Below, one piece after another: positions 11,795-22,534 of a stretch of DNA of 64,000 nucleotides. Both the position numbers and the translations under genes were made by a program. Every line of letters starts with the position of its first letter. Position 1 is the first letter of the stretch. The DNA lies in assembly GCF_963921235.1 (NCBI RefSeq), contig NC_086109.1:11904001-11968000 (forward strand), written 5' to 3'. The notes under the pieces were generated by a model. That model did not search any database and had not been told where the DNA came from. It saw only the letters and a list, made by a program, of their open reading frames with translations. The DNA is from Mobula hypostoma (lineage: Eukaryota).

Positions 11795-13812
11795 ACCATA
11801 GAACCATAGAAACTACAGCACAGAAACAGGCCTTTTGGCCCTTCTTGGCTGTGCCGAACCATTTTCTGCCTAGTCCCACTGACCTGCACACGGACCATAT
11901 CCCTCCATACACCTCCCATCCATGTATCTGTCCAATTTATTCTTAAATGTTAAAAAGGAACCCGCATTTACCACCTCGTCTGGCAGCTCATTCCATACTC
12001 CCACCACTCTCTGTGTGAAGAAGCCCCCCCTAATGTTCCCTTTAAACTTTTCCCCCCTCACCCTTAACCCATGTCCTCTGTTTTTTTTCTCCCCTTGCCT
12101 CAGTGGAAAAAGCCTGCTTGCATTCACTCTGTCTGTACCCATCATAATTTTATATACCTCTATCAAATCTCCCCTCATTCTTCTACGCTCCAGGGAATAA
12201 AGTCCTAACCTATTCAACCTTTCTCTGTAACTGAGTTTCTCAAGTCCCGGCAACATCCTTGTAAACCTTCTCTGCACTCTTTCAACCTTATTTATATCCT
12301 TCCTGTAATTTGGGGACCAAAACTGAACACAATATTCCAGATTCGGCCTCACCAATGCCGTATACAACCTCATCATAACATTCCAGCTTTTATACTCAAT
12401 ACTTCGATTAATAAAGGCCAATGTACCAAAAGCTCTCTTTACAACCCTATCTACCTGTGACGACACTCTTAGGGAATTTTGTATCTGTATTCCCAGATCC
12501 CACTGTTCCACTGCACTCCTCAGTGCCTTACCATTAACCCTGTATGTTCTACGTTGGTTTGTCCTTCCAACGTGCAATACCTCACACTTGTCAGTATTAA
12601 ACTCCATCTACCATTTTTCAGCCCATTTTTTCAGATGGTCCAAGTCCCTCTGCAGGCTCTGAAAACCTTCCTCACTGTCTACTACACCTCCAATCTTTGT
12701 ATCATCAGCAAACTTGCTGATCCAATTTACCACATTATCATCCAGATCATTGATATAGATGACAAATAACACCCAGCACTGATCCCTGTGGCACACCACT
12801 AGTCACAGGCCTCCACTCAGAGAAGCAATTCTCTACCACCACTCTCTGGCTTCTTCCATCGAGCCAATGTCTAATCCAATTTACCACCTCTCCATGTATA
12901 CCTAGCGACTGAATTTTCCTAACTAACCTCCCATGCGGGACCTTGTCAAAGGCCTTACTGAAGTCCATGTAGACAATATCCACTGCCTTCCCTTCATCCA
13001 CTTTCCTGGTAACCTCCTCGAAAAACTCCAACATTTGGTCAAACATGACCTACCACGCACAAAGCCATGTTGACTCTCCCTAATAAGCCCCTGTCTATGC
13101 AAATGCTTGTAGATTCTGTCTCTTAGTACTCCCTCCAATAACTTACCTACTACTGACGTTAAACTCACCGGCCTATAATTTCCCGGATTACTTTTCGATC
13201 CTTTTTTAAACAACAGAACACGTGAGCCACTCTCCAATCCTCCGGCACTTCACCCGTAGACAGCGACATTTTAAATATTTCTGCCAGGGCCCCCGCAATT
13301 TCAACACGAGTCTCCTTCAAGGTCCGAGGGAATACCCTGTCAGGTCCTGGGGATTTATCCACTTTAATTTTCCTCAAGACAGCAAGCACCTCCTCCTTTT
13401 CAATCTGTATAGTTTCCATGGTCTCACTACTTGATTCCCTCAATTCCATAGATTTCATGCCAGCTTCCTTAGTAAATACAGACGCAAAAAACCTGTTTAA
13501 GATCTCCCCCATTTCCTTTGGTTCCGCACAAAGCCGACCACTCTGATCTTCAAGAGGACCAATTTTATCCCTTACAATCCTTTTGCTCTTAATATACTTG
13601 TAAAAGCTCTTTGGATTATCCTTCACTTTGACTGCCAAGGCAACCTCATGTCTTCTTTTAGCCCTCCTGATTTCTTTCTTAAGTATTTTCTTGCACTTCT
13701 TATACTCCTCAAGCACCTGATTTACCCCTGTTTCCTATACATTTCATACAACTCCCTCTTCTTCTTTATCAGAGTTGCAATATCCCTTGAGAACCAAGGT
13801 TCCTTATTTCTA
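11795..13812 (-). mobile_element. 5'-truncated CR1 LINE (RT half)
   Basis: Minus ORFs 13165-13716, 12923-13237, 12747-13046, 12608-12799 and 11870-12607 carry CR1 RT motifs. The 3' tail is (ttctatgg)n. Confidence 0.93.
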
Positions 13813-14099
13813 TTCAATTATTTACACCATTCATCCTCTTTTGCACATTAGATGTTTGTCCGTCTTTGTAGTGTGTGGTTTGTTGTGGATTCTATTGTGT
13901 TACTTTGTTTTGTGGGTATCTGCAAAAAGACAAATCTCTAGATTGTTTATGGTATACAGAGTCTGGTAATAAAATTACTTTGAATTTTGAACTAGGAAAG
14001 TGGCCAATGGAACAGGAAATGGAATTGAACTCAGGCATTTTCAGAAGTTGAACAAGGACACAACTTACACTGTAGGGAACGAGGTGTGCAACTACATTG

Positions 14100-14740
14100 G
14101 TCCCTGTTAGTGGCAACACAGGTGGACAAAGTGTTGAACAAGGAGAATGACTGGTTTGCCTTCTTTGGATGGTGCATTAAGTACAGTTGGAATGGCATGT
14201 TACAACTATAAAGGACGTTGACATGATCTCACCTTATCTACCCTGTGCAGTTCCAGAGGAAGAGTATGATTAAATTAGAGAAGGTACAGAAAACATTCAC
14301 AAAGATGCTGCTGGAACTGGAGGGTCTGGGTTATCCATAGGCTGGGACAGTTTTTTCTGAAGTGAACACAGCTGAGGGGTGACCTTATAAAGGTTTACAA
14401 ATTAAGAGGGGCAAAGGTATGGTGGATAATCACGGTCTTTATCCCAGGGTAGGGGATTTGGAAACTAGAGAGCATTGGGTTAAGGTGAGAGGGCAAAGAC
14501 TTGGAGGGGCAGTGTTTTCCACACAGAGCAGTGCAGTGTGTACGTAGAAAAGGCTGCCAGAGGTACTGCTAGTTGGTGGGTACACATACAATAATTCAAA
14601 TATATTGGTACACATTCATGGACAGGAAAGCTCCAGAAGGATACCAGCCAATTGTGAGGAAATGGGGGAAGCTCAGGAAGACACTGTGGTCAGCATGGAC
14701 GATTTAGGCCGAAGCACCTGTTTCCATAGCCTATATCTCT
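14100..14740 (+). mobile_element. Old degenerate CR1 3' fragment
   Basis: Decayed similarity to the CR1 3' region (gaggggtgaccttataaaggtttacaaaatt; gggccgaa..cctgtttcc). Confidence 0.6.
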
Positions 14741-15699
14741 ATGACTCTGCTGCATCCTCTCTAAACTGTAGCATACTTTTGAAAGGTTAAAATCAGAATT
14801 CTATTTCATTGCATTGGTGTGACAGCTTATTGGATCACAGCCAATCATACTGCAGTTCAATTTCAAAATTCAAAGTACATTTAATGACAAAGTATGAATA
14901 CTATATACAGCCTTCAGATTTTTTCTTTACAAGCAGCCGCGAAACAAAAAAAACTCTAGAATCCTTTAAAAACACTGTCAAACACAGAATGTGTAGTAAA
15001 CAAAAATAAATCAAGCAAAGAATAAAAGTAAGTAAATAAATTTGGAACTGAAATTCACAAATGTGAGTCCACAGCCATAAAGCCAATCATCACTGCAGCC
15101 AGTTAAGGAACCGTTAATTACAGGCTAACGGCTCAGTTCAGCACAGAAACTGGTAAACCTCGTGGAGCAGCAAACTGATGACTTGCCCATCCTTCGCATA
15201 GGACTGACCGTTTTACGTGAATTTTGAAAGCTTATTACCCTGTTCACAGCCATGAAATGCCGCAGCCTCGTTCATATCTGTACATAGACTCAAATAGAAG
15301 GTATGGGTTCCCTTCCCGTATCTCAAAGTGAGCGAGGTATTTTAATCAGCAACCTGAATCTCAGTTTAAGTAGTCAATGATTTACTTGGACTGCTCATGA
15401 AATTCTAAGGATAGTCATGACCATAAGACAATGGGACCATAAGACACAGGAACGGCATCAAACCATTTTGCCCATAGAGTCTGCCCCACCATTCCATCAA
15501 GGTTGAGTTATTATCCCACTCAATCCCATTCTCCTGATTTCTCCCCGTAATCTTTGATGCCTTTACTAAACACAAAACTCTCGTGCTCCATTTTCAATAA
15601 ACCCAAACAGTTAGCCTCAGAAGCCGGCTGTGGTAATTAATTCCACAGATTCAACACCCGCTGGCTAAATAAATTCTTCCTCATCTCCATTCTAATGAA

Positions 15700-15915
15700 T
15701 GGAGTCGGTACGTTGTACATGTGGAATGCGTGGTGTTTCCCCTGGGTGGTCCCGTTTCCTCCCACAGTCCACAGACAATTTGGAAAGATTAACTGGTCTT
15801 TGTTGATTGTCCTGTGATGATGATGTAGTTAATCGGGTTTGTCGAGGGTCGCTGGGCCTGTGTGGCTTGAAGGGCCAGAAGGACCTACTCTGCACTCTAA
15901 CAGTAAATAAATAAA
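15700..15915 (+). mobile_element. V-SINE fragment
   Basis: Core gtgtttcccctgggtggtcccgtttcctcccacagtcc and tail gaagggccagaaggacctactctgcact...aaataaataaa. Confidence 0.6.
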
Positions 15916-16080
15916 GGAAAGGATCATCCTTGCTTTCTGAGGATGATTTTTCAGACAAGATTTCCCCATATGGAAACCATATTTTATCAAATCCCTCTAA
16001 GTACCCCAAAATCTTGTTCTTAACAATGGACTCGGAGGTTGGAGCAAAGTCAAGATGGTGCTAAATGGCAATTGCTTTGA

Positions 16081-16622
16081 AACATGGAAACATAGAAAAC
16101 CTACAGCACAATACAGGCCCTTCGGCCCACAATACGGTGCTGAACGTGTACATATTTTAGAAATTACCTAGGGTTACATTTACCTATCTAGGAGTCTCTT
16201 AAAAGACCCTATCCACCACTGTCGCCAGCAGCCCATTCCACACACTCACTACTCTCTGCATAAAAGACTTACCCCTGACATCACTTCTGTACCTACTTCC
16301 AAGAAACTTAAAACTGTGCCCTCTTGTGTTAGCCATTTCAGCCCTGGGAAAAAACCTCTGACTATCCACACGATCAATGCCTGTCATCATCTTATACACC
16401 TCTATCAGGTCACCTCTCATCCTCCGCCACTCCAAGGAGAAAAGGCCGAGTTCATTCAACCTATTCTCATAGGGCATGCTCCCCAATCCAGGCAACATCC
16501 TTGTAATTCTCCTCTGCACACTTTCTATAGTTTCCACATCCTTCCTGTAGAGTGGTGACCAGAAATGAGCACAGTACTCCAAGTGGGGTCTGACCAGGGT
16601 CCTATATAGCTGTAACATTACC
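16081..16622 (-). mobile_element. CR1 3' fragment inserted in another repeat
   Basis: ORF 16199-16624 (RPHLEYC, RGDLIEVYK). Tail tttctatgtttc. Confidence 0.85.
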
Positions 16623-17946
16623 ACTTTGCTTGCATCTTTGGAAATGGTTCTATTCCTGTTTTTTATATATATATATTTTTTCCTTATTAAGGTTCTTTGG
16701 AAGACTCTGACTCCGGATATTTGCGGAAATGGGACCCACTATCAGGGCCTTATGATAGGCCGCTTTTTGATATCCCAAGGACGCGGCCTGGAAGACTAGC
16801 GTGTATTCAGGGTGCCGGATTTTTGTGTCTCTGGGGACATGCTGATTCTAGGCTGTTGCCCCTGACTGAGGCGTCACTGGAGAACATGGAGCATGGAACA
16901 TCGGGAGCAGTGGGTTAGCTGCCGGCTGTGTGTCCTGAGACCTGAGCCCTGGGGCCAACTCTCTGGGCACAGAGCTCAGAAAAGCGACGCAACAACCATT
17001 TAACATTATAAATCAATGAGTTGTTTGTTATGTGTCCCCTCTCGTTGAGATACAGGGACACCTCTTTTTCCCTTATGAGGGAGAGAGAGACCCTGTAGTA
17101 TATTGAATAACGCTGCGAACGAGTAGTCTTTGGGGTTCTGCAAGTCTGTGTCTTTATTGATGCTTTGCTGCATGTTTGAGTGCTCGGTGGAGGGTGCTGG
17201 TGCTTTTTTTGCTCATGTGGGAAGGAGAGGGGTCATTGCCGTGCTGCTGCTTGTGAATGGGAGGGAGGAGCTGGGGGGGGGCTTTGGGGTTCTAATGTTT
17301 AACTGTCATTCATTCTTTGGCTCACTCATCTGTTTTCGTGGATGTTTGCAAAGAAAAAGCTTGTTCTTAATAATGGACACCAACATCTTCCCAACCACTG
17401 ATGTCATGCTAACCGGTCTATAATTTCCTTCCTTTTGCCTCCCTTCCTTCTTAAAGAGTGGAGTGACACTTTCAAATTTCCAGTGCTCTGGAACATTCCA
17501 GAGTCTTGTTCTTCTTGAAAGTTCACCACTAATGCCTTCATAACCTTTTCAGCTATCTCTTTCAGAACGTTGGGGTGCAGTCTATCTGGTCCAGGTGATT
17601 TATCTACTTGCAGATCTGTCCTTCCTTTTCATTTTATGAGTGTCACAGTCTCACAACTCAATGCCTATTCTGGCCTTTTCAAAGCACAAGCCGGAAGTAT
17701 GAATGGAATTGTCTCAATTTGTCTGGAAGTGCAATTCCAACTATGTTTGAGAGGCTCCACACCTTCATCGAGGAAGTGACGGATCTGACTGTTCACTACA
17801 CTTTATTTCTACCCCAAGGTGTCTGCAAAGTGTAGCTTCTACAAATGCAAAGAAATACCGTACTCTCACTAGAAGTGTAAGAGCAGCAGTAACAGAGGAA
17901 CAAAAAGAAATATTTAAACGTATCCTCTCTTGAAAGGAGGACTTAC

Positions 17947-18267
17947 TAGTGCCATTGATTTCTGTCACGTAGCTGCAGATCTCTCCGTTGTTGAAGACTG
18001 TCACATCAACCATTGCACTGGATCTCGCTCCAATCCAATTCGAGGCACTACAGTAATATTGATGGTGCAGCTGTTTGAAGGATTGACAATGTAGAGCCAG
18101 TTTATTGGTATCTGAGATCTTCGGATGCCCAGATGAGGTTTGTTCATACCATGTGTACTGAATGGGAAGGGATCCCTGGAGAGACTCACAGGAAACTGAC
18201 ATTGAGCCCCCGAGACGGGAGACATTTGCCGATGACAGATATCGAAGCACAGGAACAGACACAGGAT
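17947..18267 (-). CDS. Second extracellular Ig domain exon (C2 / FcR-like type)
   Basis: Acceptor ttctttcccacag|AT, donor ACTA|gtaagt. 321 nt, phase 1-1. Motifs VSVPVL, SCES.QGSLPIQYTWY and YYCSASN. N-glycosylation sequons NVS and NGT. Confidence 0.9.
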
Positions 18268-18319
18268 CTGTGGGAAAGAATTAAACAATCAGACACTGAA
18301 TGAACATCTGAAAATCAAA

Positions 18320-18883
18320 CACTCTTCTGCCACTTTATTAGACACACCTGTTCACCTGCTCATTAATCCAAATATCTAATTGGTCAATCATGTGGCAGCA
18401 ATACAGTCCATTTAAGCATGCAGACAGAGTCAAGAAGTTCTGTCTCTGTTTAGGCCGGACATCAGAATGAGGAAGAAAGGTGATCTAATGTGACTTTGAC
18501 CATGAAATATTTGTTGGGGGCCAGATGGTGTAGTTGGATAATCTCAGAAACTACTGATCTTCTGGGGTTTTCACCCACAACGGTTTCTAGAGGTTACAGA
18601 GAATGGTGTGAACAACATAAATAAAACATCCAGTGAGCAGCAATTCTGTGAACAAAAATACCTTGTTAATGAGAGAGGTCAGAGGAGAAAGACCAGACTG
18701 GTTCAAGCTGACAGAAACTGACAGGAATTCAAATAACCGTGTGTTATGACAGTGGTGCGCTGAAGAGCATCTGAAAATACAACATATTGAACCTTGAAGT
18801 GGATGGGCCACAGAAGCAGAAGACCAGGAACATCCAATCATTGGCCACTTTATTAGGTATAGGAGGTACCAAATAAAGTGGCC
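18320..18883 (+). mobile_element. Internally deleted Tc1-family element (MITE-like)
   Basis: Inverted ends ccactttatta / aataaagtggcc. Decayed transposase N-terminus from 18467 (MRKKGDL...ISETTDLLGFS). Lies in the V-C2 intron. Confidence 0.75.
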
Positions 18884-19261
18884 CCTTCTTGTTTAAAGAC
18901 AGTGATGTGAGATATCTGTCACATGTTTGGTGTTTTTCAGGAGAAAACGATATTGTGACTGGGTTTATGTGAGGGATGGACAGGATGGGGACAAAGATCA
19001 GGAGACATTTACTTTACTTGTAGATGTAAATTAAATCTCCTATTGAAAACTGGTCTTATAATTCCACAGTAATGTGAGATATCTGTTTGGTGGCTTTCAG
19101 GAGATAATTAATTTGTGACTGGGTTCAATGACCTACCATAAAGAAGTGAACATTTGGCACTGATGTGAATGCAGAGATAGTGAGGCATTGACAATGCTTG
19201 GATAAAGATCAAGAGACACTTACTTTATGGAAGGCACAAAGTCAATCCCTGAGAAACCTAC

Positions 19262-19582
19262 CATCAGATACTTGTAGATGTACACTAGATCTCGTATCGA
19301 CACCTGCTGTTGTAATTCCACAGCTGTACCACCTTGTATCTCCAGAGCGAAGATCCTCCGTAGTAACAGTAAATATTCTCCGTTCTGGGTTATCTGTGAT
19401 TGACACTCGTCCTTTCCGTCTGTGTTGCCCATTTGTTTCCACTACAACTGAACATTGGTGAATCCATCCATCGCACCAATACTTTGTGTGTGAGCGGTAC
19501 TTTTCTTCATAGTGACAATCGACTGTGATCGCTCTTCCGACGACTTCTCTTACATATTTCTCTGCCCACAATGCACCTGAAA
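19262..19582 (-). CDS. N-terminal V-type Ig domain exon, CD300/pIgR/TREM-like
   Basis: Acceptor tctccctcag|TT, donor GATG|gtaggt. 321 nt, phase 1-1. Motifs DCHY, KYWC, QC, GRVSITD and WYSC. The four-Cys pattern with the extra C-C' pair is typical of CD300/pIgR. Confidence 0.93.
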
Positions 19583-20937
19583 CTGAGGGAGACATTTTCA
19601 GATTTGACAGGAACAATTCAATGCAAACAAATATTTTTGAACATGATGGTAAAAACATATCCAGGTCACATCCAACACATGTGGTCCATGACACCACAGC
19701 CAATAATTTTGGTCTGAAGTGCGGTCAGTGCTGTTACTGTGTCAGCTGTGTCAGTGCTCTCTCCCCTGTGTCAGTACATTGTGGGTTCACTTCCCACTCC
19801 AGAGTCCTGAGCAGAAACCCAGGGCTGACCTTCTAGTGCAGTACTGAGGGAGAGCAGCAGTATTGAACTTTCCACTTACTTCAGAATATTTCAGCCTTTG
19901 AAATGTCGACAAAGATCCCAGCTGTTTCATTTGGGATGCATCTGCGTCTCAGATTTCAGGGAACTCCAGGATTCAGATGGGGTTGATGGGATCTCTTGAG
20001 GTGAATGTCCTGACTTCCTCCCCACTTACAGACGAATTTATAAACTGCAGAAAGAAACCCTTCATAATGCCCGAAACTGTGCCTTCTGATTCCAAAGGAA
20101 ATATTATATTTTGTACCTGTCAAATACTTGTATGTGCAGTTAGAAGGTGCTGCAACAAAGGTTGTTACTTTAGTATGCAGAAATCCAGTTTGATTTCAAA
20201 TTCTGTAAAAATATATTGTATGTTTTGATCAAATTTATTAATTATATCTGGAATTAAAAACCACATATTGATAATAATAATGACGAATTGCCAGATTGCA
20301 GAATTCCATCTGGATCAGAAAGTCCTTGAAGGAGAGAAATCTTTCATCCCTACCCACCCTAGTTTACCTTGGACTCCAGTTCCAGTAATGTTCTTTACTG
20401 ATTGCCCCACTGACCCAGGAAAGACAATGATTTCAAGACAATAAAGTCGATTGTCATAGTGATTCTTACAGAGGAAGATCAGATTCCAGCAATGGAAGAC
20501 CTGATGTTTCCACTTAACAGCCTCAAGAGGACTTCTTCAGCTGGATGTATTCTTCCCTCACCTGCACGACTCCCCTTTTCTCCTGATCTGTTTCAACCTC
20601 TCACCAGCCTCCAAAGGCCACCCCTTTTCTTCCCCATTCCATTTGCATGTTGTGCTTCACCTCTCCTCAGTCCTGAACCACCTAATGGACCCAGTCTCAC
20701 ACCTCCTCCTGTCCTATTTACTTTATCTCATTCTCCACTCACACTTGATGCAGGGTCTCGATCCAAACCCTTGACATTTCCCCTCCCCTTGACAGGTGCT
20801 GCTTGACCCGTTGAATTCCGAACTCCAGTTTCTGACGTCTTTAGTGTTGACGGGTATTTGAGCATTGTTGTGGGAATGGTGTACAACTCTCAAACCAACA
20901 TTGATTTTGCAAATATCCAGAGCTGTCTGTAAATCAC

Positions 20938-20977
20938 AGGGGAGGAAACCAATCCAAACAAGCAAAGTCCACAGCAT
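20938..20977 (-). CDS. Possible alternative signal-peptide exon (MLWTLLVWIGFLP)
   Basis: ATG at 20977, 13 hydrophobic codons plus 1 nt, phase 1. The donor T|gtgatt is weak. Confidence 0.25.
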
Positions 20978-21029
20978 TTTATTCACAGAGACCCAGCCAG
21001 GAACTGTCTGTCCTCAAAAGATGACCAGG

Positions 21030-22045
21030 CAGCATCTATGGAACAGAGAATAGTCGACGTTTTGGGCCAAGACCCTTCATCAGGACTGAAGAAAAAGGAT
21101 GAGGAATCAGAGATAAAAGTTGGGGTGAGGGGAGGAAGAAACACAAGATGATAGGTGAAACTGGGGGAGGGGGGATGTGTGAAATGAAGAGCTGGGAAGT
21201 TGTTTGGTGAAACCTATACAGGGCTGGAGAAGGGAGATTCTAATAGGAGATGATAGAAGGCCATGGAAGAAAAAAAGGGGGAAGAGCACCAGAGGGAGGT
21301 GATGGGCAGGTAAGGAGATAAGGTGAGAAGGGAAAGGGGAATTGGGAATGGTGAAAGGGGCAGGGCAATACTGGAAGCTGGAGAAATCGATGTTCATACC
21401 ATCAAGTTGGAGGCCACATAGATGGATTATAAAAGTGTTGTTCCTCTAATCTATGTGTAGCCTAATTACGACAGTGGAGGACGCCATTGATTGACGTGTC
21501 AGAATGAGAATGGGAAGTGGAAGTAAAACGGGCGGCCACTGGGATATCCCACTTTTTCTGCCAGACGGAGTATAGGTGCTCGGCGAGGCAGTCTCCCAAC
21601 CTATGTCAGGTCACCCCAATATACAGGAGGCTGCACCTGGAGCACCGGATTCAGTTGATGGCCCCAACAGATTCACAGGTAACGTGTTGCCTTACTTGGA
21701 AGGGCTGTTTGGGGCCCTGAATGGTGGTGAAGGAGGAACTGCAGGGGCAGGTGAGGCGTTTGTTCTTCTTGCAAGGATAAGTGCCAGGAGGGAGATCAGT
21801 GGAGGGGGATGGATGGACAAGGGAGTTACGTAGGAAGCGGTTGCTGTGGATAGCAGAAAGTGGGGGAGAGGGAAAGATGTGCATGGTGGTGAGATCCCAC
21901 CGGAGGTGGTGGAAGTTACAGAGACCTCTGTGCTGGACATGGAAGCTGGTGGGTGGTAAGCCTTGAGTCTCCACGTCCAGCACATAATTCTTCAGAACTT
22001 CTGACATCTCCAATGGGATCCCACCACTGGGCACATATTGCCTCC
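21030..22045 (-). mobile_element. Degenerate Penelope-like element (GIY-YIG end and 3' repeat)
   Basis: Homologous to 49530-50400 (QGPKQPFQVRQHVTCES). Mutated hammerhead at 21052-21087. Confidence 0.8.
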
Positions 22046-22534
22046 CCACTTTCTGACAAAGTCCTATAGATGCACAGTGGACAGTACGCTTATTGACTGC
22101 ATCATGGCATGATATGAAAACATCATTCCTTGACTGGAAAAACCACAAAAGATAGTGCGTACAGCCCTGTCCATCACTGGTAAACCCCTCTTCATTGCTG
22201 AGCACATTGCGGTACTAAAACCAGCATCCATCATCCAGGCCATGCTCTCTTCTTGCTGTTGCCATCAGGAAGCTGGTACAGGAGCCTCATGTCCCACACC
22301 ACCAGGTTCAGGAACAGATTCTGAACCAGAGTTGATAATTTCACCTATCACTGAACTGACTTCACAACCTATGGGCTCAATTTTAAGGACTCTACAACTC
22401 ATGTTCTGAAATAGTATTTATTCCTTATTTACCTATCATTGTTATTATTATTTTGTTTTCTTTTGGTATTTGCATAATTGTTTGTCTTTTACACATTTGT
22501 TGTTTGTCTGTCTTTGTTCATGGGTACTTTTTCT

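Noticed and set aside
19874-20076. Two strong minus-strand gtaagt donors preceded by ATGs
   Set aside because: Both are phase 0 and the peptides are not signal-like, so they are incompatible with the phase-1 V exon.
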